The position numbers and the translations under genes are program-made. From a virus (Duplodnaviria > Caudoviricetes): a DNA stretch of 59,439 nt. The number at the start of each line of letters is the position of its first letter. Within the stretch, counting starts at the first letter, position 1. The notes beneath the pieces were generated by a model that was not told the DNA's origin, did no database searches, and was given only the letters and a program-made list of their open reading frames with translations. Positions 27,569-37,684 of this stretch are shown piece by piece. The stretch spans positions 1 to 59,439 of IMG/VR virus record IMGVR_UViG_3300037459_000125; one strand, given 5' to 3'.

Positions 27569-28435
27569 ATGCCTGACGACAATCTATTCCCAGACGCGAC
27601 CCCGAAGACTGAGACCCCCCCGGGGGATCCGCCTAAGGGCAATGGTGCTGACCCCGCGGGGGAAGCTCCCTTATCCGGAGCCGCCATCGCCCAGTTGATT
27701 TCCGACAGCAACGCTCCCTTGGCTGCCCAGATTGAAAAGCTGGCAGAGGCTACAGCAGCCGCAGCAGCCGCGGCTCAGACTCCAGCCCCACCGCCTCCGC
27801 AAGACACGGGGGCCCCTCCGGAGGACTTCCTGACCCGGTTCGCCAATGACCCCGAAGCAGCAATCCGAGAGGTAGCTGGGGGCCAGATGCAAGTCGCTGT
27901 CCCCCTAATGTCGGGCCTAATCAACTCCACAGTGGCGAACTTCATAGGCCGAGAGACCGCGGACATCGACCGTGACTTCGGTAAGGGAGCTTGGGATAAG
28001 TTCTTCGACAAGCCCCTCGGGGTCCTGATGGACGGCTACCGAAAGTCGAACGTAGCTGCCTTGGCCGACGACTCCACTATCCGCCGAGAAGTGGACGGAC
28101 TCAAGGGCCGGATGTTCAACGAGCTAGTCGAGTTCCGGGAGGCCAGCCGAAAAACTGAGACTGAAGGAACCGAGGCCGACACCAAGAAGTTGGTAGACGG
28201 AGTGACCGAGACTGTGATAGCACAAACGAACCTGTCCGGGGGCATCCGTCGGATCTCCGGCGGAGAGGAAGAGATCACCGAAGGAGTAAAGGGATACCTA
28301 GCCGAAAGGATCGCTGCCATCGGAGGCGACGAGACCGGTAAAGACTTCCTCGCCCGCACCGACTACGGGGACTCAATCGAAGACTACATGGCCCATCAGA
28401 AGAAACTCGAAGCGGCCTCGGGAGGTGCATCGTGA
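27569..28435 (+). CDS. Putative scaffolding protein
   Basis: Pro/acidic N-terminus, helical, positioned before the capsid genes. Confidence 0.65.
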   Translation: MPDDNLFPDATPKTETPPGDPPKGNGADPAGEAPLSGAAIAQLISDSNAPLAAQIEKLAEATAAAAAAAQTPAPPPPQDTGAPPEDFLTRFANDPEAAIREVAGGQMQVAVPLMSGLINSTVANFIGRETADIDRDFGKGAWDKFFDKPLGVLMDGYRKSNVAALADDSTIRREVDGLKGRMFNELVEFREASRKTETEGTEADTKKLVDGVTETVIAQTNLSGGIRRISGGEEEITEGVKGYLAERIAAIGGDETGKDFLARTDYGDSIEDYMAHQKKLEAASGGAS

Positions 28436-29022
28436 GCATCGGACTAGGTGGAGGCTCAGACCGGGAATGGTTAGAGACTCTCGACATCGAAGGCAACCGT
28501 AACTCAGAGTTGGGGGTGGAAGAGAAGACCATCGGCTCCCATGTCGGCCCCTACTCGGGCCTGAACGTAATGAACCCCCAGCCGGGTTACGAATACGAAT
28601 GGCTCCTCAACCCCTCCCGCTCCGGCGGCAGGCTCTCCGACAGTCACATGATTCACCAGATCGGCGGCGAGGTAGTTCAGGAGGGCGATCTTGAATTCGC
28701 TGCCTACAGAGATATGGAAGGGATGCAGGCCAGCGGAGTAGACACCGCCTCTGTCTTCAACGAACTGGTCCTAGTCCGAATCCCCGTAGAGAAACAACGC
28801 GCCCGGATGCAAGCACAACTGGACGCTAACAACCGAATGTTGCGAAAGGGTCCTGACGAGTCTTTCGTGAACAGCGCCTCCTACCTAGAAGGTGAGAGGT
28901 ACAGTGATCGGGGGCCCACCCGCTTCGCCTTGCGTAGCCATAAGACAGTCTTCAAACACGGCAACGAAGAGGCTGAAGTCTCACTCCCTGATTCTGGAAT
29001 AGTTAGAACTGAAAACAGATAA
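28432..29022 (+). CDS. Conserved head-module protein
   Basis: PGYEYEW...ELVLVRIP. Confidence 0.65.
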   Translation: MSIGLGGGSDREWLETLDIEGNRNSELGVEEKTIGSHVGPYSGLNVMNPQPGYEYEWLLNPSRSGGRLSDSHMIHQIGGEVVQEGDLEFAAYRDMEGMQASGVDTASVFNELVLVRIPVEKQRARMQAQLDANNRMLRKGPDESFVNSASYLEGERYSDRGPTRFALRSHKTVFKHGNEEAEVSLPDSGIVRTENR

Positions 29023-29041
29023 CTGAGAAGGAGACTATTGA

Positions 29042-29641
29042 ATGGCATTTGATGACATTCAGATCCATAGCTCTCAAGGTGGGGTGAATCCTCGTATCTT
29101 CTACTTTGGAATGGACGCCAGTGAGGCGTTCTCCAGAGGAGATGTGGTTACTCTCGCCGATACAGGGCAAGTGCAAGAAGCACTAACTACAGGTGTGCTT
29201 CCGGCAGGTCTAACGGGCGTTGCTATGGCAGGCTCGGTAGGTCCCGTCGGGACCACGTACAACAACCCAAGAACGGGAACTACCTATACCGAGAACGACG
29301 CAATTCCTGTTGCGATGTTCGATCTAGGTACCGTTTGGAGAACTCACCAATTCACCGAAGCAGCTTCGACATTTAACGAAGCGGCTCCTACCCGGGCCAG
29401 CATCGGTGACACCTGTTCGATTATGTCCATCGGTGGAGTTTGGGGAGTAGACCAGGGTGAGGATGCCGATGAAGCGACTTGTCGCATCATGGATGTCCTG
29501 AACGCCCGGGGCGAATCCATCCAAGACACGGGTGAAACTCTAACCGCAACCGCAACCGACTACTGGGTAATCTTCCAGGTGGTCGCACACATGCAGACAC
29601 CGGACTCGGCTGAAGCCGCTGATCCGATTTCTGAGACATAG
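29042..29641 (+). CDS. Capsid decoration/cement protein
   Basis: ASEAFSRGDVV..GVA; immediately before the MCP. Confidence 0.7.
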   Translation: MAFDDIQIHSSQGGVNPRIFYFGMDASEAFSRGDVVTLADTGQVQEALTTGVLPAGLTGVAMAGSVGPVGTTYNNPRTGTTYTENDAIPVAMFDLGTVWRTHQFTEAASTFNEAAPTRASIGDTCSIMSIGGVWGVDQGEDADEATCRIMDVLNARGESIQDTGETLTATATDYWVIFQVVAHMQTPDSAEAADPISET

Positions 29642-29650
29642 GAGTAACGT

Positions 29651-30571
29651 ATGGGTACTTTCACATTCAACCATCCGGAACTCCTGGAAAGAGATACCAA
29701 AGATATCTTTTTCAAGAATTTCGGCATGATCCCGCTACTCTACACATCCCTCTTCAACACTAAAACTTCAACGAAGGCTTATGAGGATGGGATGCGAGTC
29801 GCGGGAATGGGCACCTTCCACACCAAAGCGGAAGGCACTCCCATCGGATTCGACGATCCGGTATCCGCCAGCGTGGTCCGAACGGTCCACACTGTCTACG
29901 GACTGGGTTTTCGGGTGACGATGGAAATGAGCGACGATGACCAGCACGGCATCATCAGTCAGATGCCCGCTGATCTCGGCGACAGCGCCCGCGACCACCA
30001 GGAGCGACTAGCCTGGAGTCTGGTCAACGACGCATTCGCCGGAAACACCTACACTGGTCTCGTTGACGGTGCGGCGGCTGTATCGCTCTGCAATGCCACA
30101 CACACAAACCTGAAGACGGGGACCACACAGTCCAACGTCCTCACACCTCCGGTAGCCCTCTCGGTCACCGGTCTGGAGTCCCTGATGACCACGGCCTCCA
30201 CGACCCAGTCCGAAGAGGACCGGTACATCAGCCTCACCCAATCAAAGCTGGTCTACCATCCGGATCTCCAACACACAGCCCACGTCCTTCTGAACACGGA
30301 GTTCAGGTCCGGATCATCGGACAACGACCGAAGTACAGTCGTCTCGTCCCGGTCCGGCATCACACCGCTGGAGCGGACGGGTATCCCCTACCTGACCTCG
30401 ACAACGGCGTGGTTCCTCTCGGGGAAGAATGACCTGACCTGGAACAACAGGAAGAGTCTGACCTTCAGCCGAGACAAGGACTCCGATTCGATGGATCAGA
30501 AATTCATGGCGATCTACCGTGCGTCAGTGATGCACCGTGAGTGGAGAGGTTTCTGGGGCTCGAATGCTTAG
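29651..30571 (+). CDS. Major capsid protein (HK97 fold)
   Basis: KAYED..KAEG..FD..HTVYGLGFRVTMEMSDDD..SL..ATH..YLTSTTAWF..WRGFWGS. Confidence 0.9.
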   Translation: MGTFTFNHPELLERDTKDIFFKNFGMIPLLYTSLFNTKTSTKAYEDGMRVAGMGTFHTKAEGTPIGFDDPVSASVVRTVHTVYGLGFRVTMEMSDDDQHGIISQMPADLGDSARDHQERLAWSLVNDAFAGNTYTGLVDGAAAVSLCNATHTNLKTGTTQSNVLTPPVALSVTGLESLMTTASTTQSEEDRYISLTQSKLVYHPDLQHTAHVLLNTEFRSGSSDNDRSTVVSSRSGITPLERTGIPYLTSTTAWFLSGKNDLTWNNRKSLTFSRDKDSDSMDQKFMAIYRASVMHREWRGFWGSNA

Positions 30572-30698
30572 TGCATAGCACTAATCAAGTCTGAGCGTGG
30601 CCACGGGGGGCCATCTCACAGGTCGCTGGCACGCCGACCTTAATTAGCGTGCCCTTTTGGTCCCCCTCGGGACTGGCCTTCGGGCTGAAGGAGAGGTA
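30572..30698 (+). promoter_or_regulatory. Structured intercistronic RNA with H-type pseudoknot and twin-hairpin leader
   Basis: S1 AGGTCG/CGACCT, S2 GGCACGC/GCGTGCC; then GTCCC/GGGAC and GGCC-TTCG-GGCT. Confidence 0.65.
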
Positions 30699-31193
30699 AT
30701 GGCATCTAGAGATTTCATGCCGTTTAGAACCCTAGACGGCTCGCAAGAACAGAGAGTTTCTCGTGGTGTCACCAGCAGCGAGACATTTCTGGTTGGTGAA
30801 CCCATAGCCCAGCAATCTGGGGGGCGGGCAGCGATAGCTACCACTGATCCTTCTACCGTAGTGGGTATTGCTGCTCACCGAAGTACCGACGTAAATGGGA
30901 CTTCCCTCGCAGGGGACACCCAGATTACCCTGTACGGTGTCGGCAGAAACCAACTCTACAAAACTAGGAATTTCTCCACCAGTGGAACGGGAACCTCAGC
31001 GACTCCGGCAGTGACTAGAATCGGAGACTTCGCGGGTCTGATCCTCAACGGCTCTGACTGGTACGTGGACACTGGGGCGAACAACAAGATCTGTGAGATC
31101 GTAGGTTTACGGGACAGGAATGGGCGTGATATTAGCGACCCCAGTCATGTGGTCGAAACCATTGTCTTTACCATCTTCCGGTTCATCCTCTAG
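30699..31193 (+). CDS. Second decoration-like protein (paralog of 29042..29641)
   Basis: SETFLVGEPI, IGD, WYVDTG, CEIV..NGRDISD align with the first copy. Confidence 0.7.
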   Translation: MASRDFMPFRTLDGSQEQRVSRGVTSSETFLVGEPIAQQSGGRAAIATTDPSTVVGIAAHRSTDVNGTSLAGDTQITLYGVGRNQLYKTRNFSTSGTGTSATPAVTRIGDFAGLILNGSDWYVDTGANNKICEIVGLRDRNGRDISDPSHVVETIVFTIFRFIL

Positions 31194-31202
31194 GAGATTT
31201 AG

Positions 31203-32528
31203 ATGAAACGATTCGGATTTCTAGCAACTCTTCTTCTCCTACTCCCGACAGTTGCCGGGGCTCAGGGAAACACCAACACCCTTCCTCCGGCTTGCACAGC
31301 CGCCACCTTGTTGACCACCTGTGTTCCTCAGGTCCAAGGGACCATAGCTCGGGTAACGGATGCGGCCTCCGCAACGGTCTGTACAGGCGGCAGCACTGTA
31401 ACAGTAACTTGTCAGTTTGACGGGACTACTTGGGGCCCAATGGCTAACACCTCTGCTACGGGTGGTGTTTGGACCGGTGCCAACGGCGAGACAATCGACA
31501 ATGCTACCGATGATACTATTGCTTTAACCAATAGTGATACCACTAGCACAATCGCAATTACCTTCCATGACTTTGGAGATACCGACGACGATGATATGGC
31601 CCACGGCAGTATTACTGTCAACTGTACTGACGTTGGTACCGGAGCCGAGAATTGTGACGTGGTATTTCGTGGTGTTGACGGTGGTGTAGAGACAACATTT
31701 TTGACCTTTGACGGCAGTGCCGCGAACGCCAATACCAGATTCGTGGGGCTTAGTGGTGGGATCGGGGCCGACGAAATTGCAAATGACATTGTAGACGGCA
31801 CCGAACTGGCAGACACCATCGTTCTGGATGCCACCTTGGGGATCACCTCCGGGGCTGCCGAAGGCATCGCTATGACCCATGCGATGACCAACGACACCGC
31901 CGAGGTTGCCTTCAACCTAGCCATTACCGCGTCGGACACCAGTCCGTCTACCACAGGTCAGTATGGTTTGTATATCGACAACGTAGCCAGCACTGAGGGA
32001 TTGGACGCCGCCATCGTCATCGACAACAGTGATGCCGACGACGCGGTGATTGCCGGTATCCTCTTCGTAGATGCGGGGGGTGGGTTTACCAACGCGATTG
32101 ACACGGCAGGCGGCAATATCACCACGGGTGCGGCACACATCACTGCTCAGATGCCCGTTGTCTCGCTCGCCAGTGGCGCGCTAACACTCAATACGATCCA
32201 TCTGGCTACGGCTGGTGGGGCCGACTACGACATCCCAGATAGTGCTTGCGATGCCGCCGCAGACCTCGGCAACTGGGTCACGGTGGTCTTGGAGGACGCT
32301 TCGGTAGTCGTCTCGATCACCTCGGACGATGCCAGCAACATCTTCACCGTTCCCGGCCTCGGTGCCCTCACCGCTGGTAACGAACTCGACTCTGTGTCCC
32401 ACACGGTGACAGAAGGACAGAGCATCACGCTGACGTGCTTGACGGCCGAGAACTGGTATTTCACTGGCGGCGTCTCGATGCACACCGATGCGACGATAGC
32501 ATGGGCGGACGGCGGTACAGCAGATTGA
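31203..32528 (+). CDS. Signal-peptide-bearing fibre/appendage protein
   Basis: MKRFGFLATLLLLLPTVAGA|Q; 8 Cys; fibre-like beta repeats. Confidence 0.8.
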   Translation: MKRFGFLATLLLLLPTVAGAQGNTNTLPPACTAATLLTTCVPQVQGTIARVTDAASATVCTGGSTVTVTCQFDGTTWGPMANTSATGGVWTGANGETIDNATDDTIALTNSDTTSTIAITFHDFGDTDDDDMAHGSITVNCTDVGTGAENCDVVFRGVDGGVETTFLTFDGSAANANTRFVGLSGGIGADEIANDIVDGTELADTIVLDATLGITSGAAEGIAMTHAMTNDTAEVAFNLAITASDTSPSTTGQYGLYIDNVASTEGLDAAIVIDNSDADDAVIAGILFVDAGGGFTNAIDTAGGNITTGAAHITAQMPVVSLASGALTLNTIHLATAGGADYDIPDSACDAAADLGNWVTVVLEDASVVVSITSDDASNIFTVPGLGALTAGNELDSVSHTVTEGQSITLTCLTAENWYFTGGVSMHTDATIAWADGGTAD

Positions 32529-32550
32529 TCTAACTAGGACCACTCCGGTC

Positions 32551-32604
32551 CACTTTTGGTTCCCCCAGTGGGAACTGGCCCTTCGGGGCTGAAAGGAAAA
32601 CAGA
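32551..32604 (+). promoter_or_regulatory. Second copy of the twin-hairpin leader
   Basis: CTTTTGGTTCCC..GGGAACTGGCCCTTCGGGGCTGAAAGGA. Confidence 0.6.
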
Positions 32605-33519
32605 ATGAGTTATCAAAGTAGAAACGGTAAGACTGGGGCCCGAGGCTCCCATTGGCAAAACCCACTACTCGTTAGTGGCGGGCCGTTGGACGACTGTGCC
32701 CGTGGTATAATTGATGGAGTCGATGGTGTCTACAAGATCTGGTATGAGGACTTCGATGAAGTTCTTCTCGACAATCAGTTTGAAACTGTGGGCTGGACGG
32801 TTACAGACAAGAACACAGCCACAAACCCCAGTAATGTAGTCCTTGGCGCAGACCGGGCATTCTTCCTGAACCCCGGCACTAAGGCTGACTCGGGGACTGA
32901 GCTTCAATTCAACATCCCAGGCACCGCAGCCAGCACCAGCAATATGCACAAGGTCTGCCCAGAGATCGTGGACACCGCCACCCTATTTGATGGTCAGGAG
33001 ATCTTCTTCCAGACCCGGATCGGTAGTGTCTCAGACTCAGCAACCGACAACGACTCCAAGTACATCCTTGGATTCTTTGTGAACAACACAGATCTGATAG
33101 ACGATGCTACAGGTGTCCCTGGTGTACCTGCTGGCGGAGGTTTCGGCTTTTTCAAATCTGAGTTGGGCGTGGTGACCGCAGTTTCAACTGAGGCAGCCAT
33201 TACCGCAGTAGGAACTGCGCTAGTCCCGGCTGTGAGTGAGTTGGCTATGACGGTAACTGTCCCCAACTGGCACACCTATGCAGCCAGATGTCGGATCATC
33301 GACGCCAGTGCTGGAACCGGTTTTACCGACTTTTGGTACGATGGTATCCACAGGCTGCGTCTAGCTACAGTCCCTCACGATGCTACCGATACCTGCTCCT
33401 TCACCATCGGTCTACTCAACGGGCCCTCTCAGATTGCCGATATGCACATCGACTACATCCTGACCGGGATCACCAGACCAGGACTCACTTGGCCCTACAC
33501 TGACGGCACCATCTACTAA
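32605..33519 (+). CDS. Virion protein, jelly-roll/lectin-like, no signal peptide
   Basis: YEDF..GW..IFFQTRI..WHTY..FWYDG..MHIDYI. Confidence 0.7.
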   Translation: MSYQSRNGKTGARGSHWQNPLLVSGGPLDDCARGIIDGVDGVYKIWYEDFDEVLLDNQFETVGWTVTDKNTATNPSNVVLGADRAFFLNPGTKADSGTELQFNIPGTAASTSNMHKVCPEIVDTATLFDGQEIFFQTRIGSVSDSATDNDSKYILGFFVNNTDLIDDATGVPGVPAGGGFGFFKSELGVVTAVSTEAAITAVGTALVPAVSELAMTVTVPNWHTYAARCRIIDASAGTGFTDFWYDGIHRLRLATVPHDATDTCSFTIGLLNGPSQIADMHIDYILTGITRPGLTWPYTDGTIY

Positions 33520-33529
33520 GGGGCCGGCG

Positions 33530-34405
33530 ATGAAACGGCTCCTAACTTTGGGGGCTCTCTTCGGGGGGCTCCTCTTCCCCACGGTCTCTGGGTCTGAGGA
33601 CGTGTTCTCGGTGGCTGCCCATTCCTATGGGGCAGCTAAGTTCACAGCGGACATCTACGGGCACAACGGTCTTGTAGAAAATGCCGAAGAGTCTATTTGG
33701 GACGGCGAAGATGCGATAAGCGCGGGCACTGGACCAGTCCGGTGCTTCTCCAACATGAACACTGGGACTGTACCGACGGCTGCGGCTATCTTCATATCCA
33801 GCGATGATGAGGCCGATGCTGGAGAGGAAATCACGGTGGATGCTCTGGATGTCAACTGGAATCCAGTAACTATCGTCCAGGCTTTGGGTGTCGCGGCAGC
33901 CAGTGGCACCGTTAATGCCCAAATCGGCACAGCGGACCTAATGCGAATCAACCGGGCCTATGTTGCCGGTAGGACGGCTGTCGTCGGAAATATCTATCTT
34001 CACTTGGATGATACGATTGGGACCGATGGCCTTCCAGATACTATTCTGACAGATTTGGTGGCCCACATCACTATCGGCAACAACGAAACCCAGATGGCCT
34101 GCTACTCAGTCCCCAACGACTACACCGCGTTCGTGACTCATATATGTACGGACAATGACACTATTACTGGGTCTGGTACTGTAGACTTCAGACTCCGGGC
34201 CAGTGTCGATGGTCAAATATCCCGAGTTCGATGGGGGCCCCATGTTGTAGCGGACGCCGCTGGAGACTGCCGAAACTTCACCCAGCCCCTGAGTTTCGGT
34301 GAAATGACAGACATTGATATTACTGGGCTGAGTACAGGGGACAGCGCCTCGGCCAATATAGGTTTGGTTCTCGTCAAAAACGGTAGGTCCCTAACTGGCC
34401 CTTGA
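33530..34405 (+). CDS. Signal-peptide-bearing virion protein
   Basis: MKRLLTLGALFGGLLFPTVSG(S)|; YGHN..ESIW..ISS..RINRAYV..GNI..TQMACYSVP phage structural pattern; 4 Cys. Confidence 0.8.
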   Translation: MKRLLTLGALFGGLLFPTVSGSEDVFSVAAHSYGAAKFTADIYGHNGLVENAEESIWDGEDAISAGTGPVRCFSNMNTGTVPTAAAIFISSDDEADAGEEITVDALDVNWNPVTIVQALGVAAASGTVNAQIGTADLMRINRAYVAGRTAVVGNIYLHLDDTIGTDGLPDTILTDLVAHITIGNNETQMACYSVPNDYTAFVTHICTDNDTITGSGTVDFRLRASVDGQISRVRWGPHVVADAAGDCRNFTQPLSFGEMTDIDITGLSTGDSASANIGLVLVKNGRSLTGP

Positions 34406-34414
34406 GGTAGTAGC

Positions 34415-34978
34415 ATGAAACGGCTTTGTTTTATCGTGGGGCTGATCGGGGCCCTCCTATTCCCTACCCTATCCTTGGCCAAAGAAGTGAAGACCGACCA
34501 TACTCCGTGTGAAGAGATGGACACCGACGCTGCGGTTCCTCTGTGGACCAAGGGTCAGTGGATCGCAACAGCCTGTATCCTCTTGTGTGATGGGTATGCG
34601 GCTGCCGACACCGGAGCGGGCTGCGTAGAGTGGGACTTCAACGACTTCCCCGGTATGCCCGACATGATTATCCTAGAGTACGAACAGGAGTCTGATGATG
34701 ATTGTGGGGCCAACGTACCTCAGTTCACTATCGCCACCGGTCCGATGTCCAACGGGACTCTGACCAGCCAGACCAACGCCAGCTACGTTGGGGACCCCAC
34801 CTATGAAATTGGTTCCTCGGCGGTGGTCATAGACGAAACCAACCCACGGGTAACTATCCTAACCGAGACTGCCCCACTAGACCGGTATATATTCGTCACC
34901 CAAACCGGCACGGACACCAACTGCACCGATATCGACATACGGATGTTCTTCTACAGCCGTAAGACGAACATCTACTAG
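34415..34978 (+). CDS. Signal-peptide-bearing virion protein
   Basis: MKRLCFIVGLIGALLFPTLSLA|K; 6 mature Cys. Confidence 0.78.
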   Translation: MKRLCFIVGLIGALLFPTLSLAKEVKTDHTPCEEMDTDAAVPLWTKGQWIATACILLCDGYAAADTGAGCVEWDFNDFPGMPDMIILEYEQESDDDCGANVPQFTIATGPMSNGTLTSQTNASYVGDPTYEIGSSAVVIDETNPRVTILTETAPLDRYIFVTQTGTDTNCTDIDIRMFFYSRKTNIY

Positions 34979-34993
34979 GACTGAGGTGATTAG

Positions 34994-37684
34994 ATGAAGC
35001 TCCGGGCTTTACTGGCCTCCGTCCTCCTACTCTTCCCTAGTGTAGCTCTGGGTACTCAGATCGTCGGTGGAGCTGTACCTGCTGGTGGTGGCATAGTTTC
35101 CTTCCTCCAAGGCAGCCTCCCCTCCCTAGGCAGCGCTGACACCGGCTACCTCGCCTTCGTTACCGATGGGGCTGATGACTCAGACTGTGGGCCAAGCGGG
35201 ACTGGTTCAATCCTAGTCTTCTGTATGTGGAACGGCACAGCTTGGGAGGCCACAGGTGACTCAGGCTCGGGCAGCGGGGACAACTTAACAGTAGACGGCA
35301 GTGGGTTAGCTGATGGGAACTTGGCAGACAGCACTCAGCTTAACGTCACCGCCGACGGCAGTTCTCCCTCCCAGATCACCTTCAATATCATCGCCAACAC
35401 CATCGACGAGGATGAGATAGACACGGACTCTATCTTCAAGGACGAGTTGGCGACCGTAGGCGACTTCAACATTGGTGAAACGGTCCACGTAGACGACTCG
35501 GACGCTACTAAGTTCTTCGCCCGGTCCGCAACGCAGCACCTCGCTTTGGTGGGAGCCGCCGAAAAGGGGGCCAACACCTTTACCGGAACCCAAGACGCCG
35601 CTAGTTGGTCTATTACCACAGCGGGAGTCGCCACTTTCATCTCCCTAGACGACAACGACGGCAGCCCTCTGTGGGGGATCAATACCTCAGGCCACATCAC
35701 AGGGGTCCGGTTCGCGGGGCTCGAAGATGAGAACCTAGTCGGTAAGACCTCTGCCGAGGACATCAGTGGTATTTGGAACTTCGGTACCGCCGACGGCCTT
35801 GAGATCCCCAACGGACCAGTGTCCGAACTCACTGGCTCCCCCACCGTCGGTAGTCTTTTCCAAGTTGACGACGGAGCCAACGCCACTGACTGTGCCACAG
35901 GCAGCTCAACCACTGATGTTCTCTGTCTCTACAATGGCTCCGGATGGGCAGCCGTAGCCGCGGGTGGCACCACAGCCTGGGACTCCGTCGGCGACCCCTC
36001 CGGGGACGGGTCCGTCGCTATGGCAGAGCTGGATCAGGACCTCGCTTGGGACACCGGGAACAGCACGGCTGCGGTCTTCGACGGCCTCACCCTTAGTCTT
36101 GACTATGATCCTACTTCCACAGACTCCGGAGCCCAGCATGTTCTAAGGGTTGTTCAAATAAACAGCGGTGCGGATGTTACAGGTCAGCCTGAAGCTCTTA
36201 TTCTTCTCGAAAATCTAGATACTGATTCAGACGATGCTGTAGCCGCCGCTCTATTGATCCGAGGGACTACTGCTGTTCCCATTGCTATTGATCTTTCGGA
36301 CGCCGAGATTGTTACCGCCATCGACATCGGAGCCAACGATATTGTCTTCTCCAGTGGTACCCTTAGTTCCACAGACCTAGAGATCCTGGACGACGGCTCC
36401 ATCGCCTCCAGTGAGATCACCGACAATACTATCACTGCCGCAGATATCGCGGCCACCGTTACGATGGCGGACGAGGACTTTCTGGACTTCAGCGCGGCCC
36501 TGATCGACGCGGCCTCGGAGGGGATCTACCTACCCCGGCAGAACGCCGATAGTTGTGCTGCCTCGGTTGGGGAAGGTCAGATCTGTTGGGATGACAGCAA
36601 CGACAACCTTTGGATAGGTGACGGAACCGCGGCCCAGCAGATGAACCTCTCCGGTATCGGGGCCTTCAGTGACAGCTCGGACCCCGCTATCCTCAACACC
36701 ACCACCAAGGATGTAGTTGTAGGCGCAGCGCAGATCAACACAGCCAAACTAACGGTGGACGGGGATGCCGATCAGGTCCAGTTCACAGTCCAAGGTCACT
36801 CCACTCAGTCATTAGTTACTGAATTCATCGTCCACGAGACCAGTGGTGGGACTGAGTTGTACTCTCTGGATACCAGTGGAGACCTTGAGGTCCAGTCCAT
36901 TCAAGACATCGACGGGCCGGGGACTCTCTGGCAGATTGACATTAACGGCGCAGCGACATTTGTATCAGTCACCACTGGGACCAGCCTAACTCCCTCCATA
37001 GTCTTCAACGACTCCAGCTCGGGCTCGGAAGCCACCGACGCCAGTATCTTCGTAGATGCCACTGATGCTGTAGGAGGTCAAGAGGACGTAGACATGACCT
37101 TCCGGGTTCAGGTCAACTCCACCCTCACCGACCGGATCTTCATCAACGCCGACGGCCACACAGAGATCCAGAACTCCAATCTCCGACTTGCCGATAGTCT
37201 CTACATTCTCGAACAGGCCGATGCGGACGGGGACGTATCCACCTACGGACAGCTTTGGGTGGACAACACTACTCCCCAACTCCTGAAGTTCACAACTGAG
37301 GCGGGAGTAGACACCACCCTCGGAGTCGCGGCCACCGTCGCGGGCACCACCTTCGAGGAGTGCTTCGTGGTGTACGCCCCAACGGCAGAGATCCAAGCCA
37401 CCGACGACATCCAAAGTGTCTGGCGCGCTGCCGCAGCCCTCACCATAACGGAGGTATTCTGCGAGACCGATACCGGAACCGTAACGATGGACATTCAGGT
37501 AGACAGCGGGAGTACCTTAGATGTTATGGGTACCGATCTCGTCTGCGACGTAAGTCCCGGAGAAAACGACAGTACCAGTCTCACAGGTAGTATGGCCGAT
37601 GGTGACCGTCTTGACTTCCTCATCTTCGCGGTAGCCTCCAACCCCAAACGTCTAACCTTGTGTATTGAATATGACTTTGACTGA
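34994..37684 (+). CDS. Signal-peptide-bearing long fibre protein
   Basis: MKLRALLASVLLLFPSVALG|T; repeated VTD..C..C.NG.W modules; 10 Cys; very acidic. Confidence 0.82.
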   Translation: MKLRALLASVLLLFPSVALGTQIVGGAVPAGGGIVSFLQGSLPSLGSADTGYLAFVTDGADDSDCGPSGTGSILVFCMWNGTAWEATGDSGSGSGDNLTVDGSGLADGNLADSTQLNVTADGSSPSQITFNIIANTIDEDEIDTDSIFKDELATVGDFNIGETVHVDDSDATKFFARSATQHLALVGAAEKGANTFTGTQDAASWSITTAGVATFISLDDNDGSPLWGINTSGHITGVRFAGLEDENLVGKTSAEDISGIWNFGTADGLEIPNGPVSELTGSPTVGSLFQVDDGANATDCATGSSTTDVLCLYNGSGWAAVAAGGTTAWDSVGDPSGDGSVAMAELDQDLAWDTGNSTAAVFDGLTLSLDYDPTSTDSGAQHVLRVVQINSGADVTGQPEALILLENLDTDSDDAVAAALLIRGTTAVPIAIDLSDAEIVTAIDIGANDIVFSSGTLSSTDLEILDDGSIASSEITDNTITAADIAATVTMADEDFLDFSAALIDAASEGIYLPRQNADSCAASVGEGQICWDDSNDNLWIGDGTAAQQMNLSGIGAFSDSSDPAILNTTTKDVVVGAAQINTAKLTVDGDADQVQFTVQGHSTQSLVTEFIVHETSGGTELYSLDTSGDLEVQSIQDIDGPGTLWQIDINGAATFVSVTTGTSLTPSIVFNDSSSGSEATDASIFVDATDAVGGQEDVDMTFRVQVNSTLTDRIFINADGHTEIQNSNLRLADSLYILEQADADGDVSTYGQLWVDNTTPQLLKFTTEAGVDTTLGVAATVAGTTFEECFVVYAPTAEIQATDDIQSVWRAAAALTITEVFCETDTGTVTMDIQVDSGSTLDVMGTDLVCDVSPGENDSTSLTGSMADGDRLDFLIFAVASNPKRLTLCIEYDFD

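Noticed and set aside
30569-30645. Pseudoknot-stimulated readthrough of the capsid TAG
   Set aside because: The pseudoknot is about 48 nt downstream, and the readthrough frame stops at TAA near 30641 without reaching the next gene.
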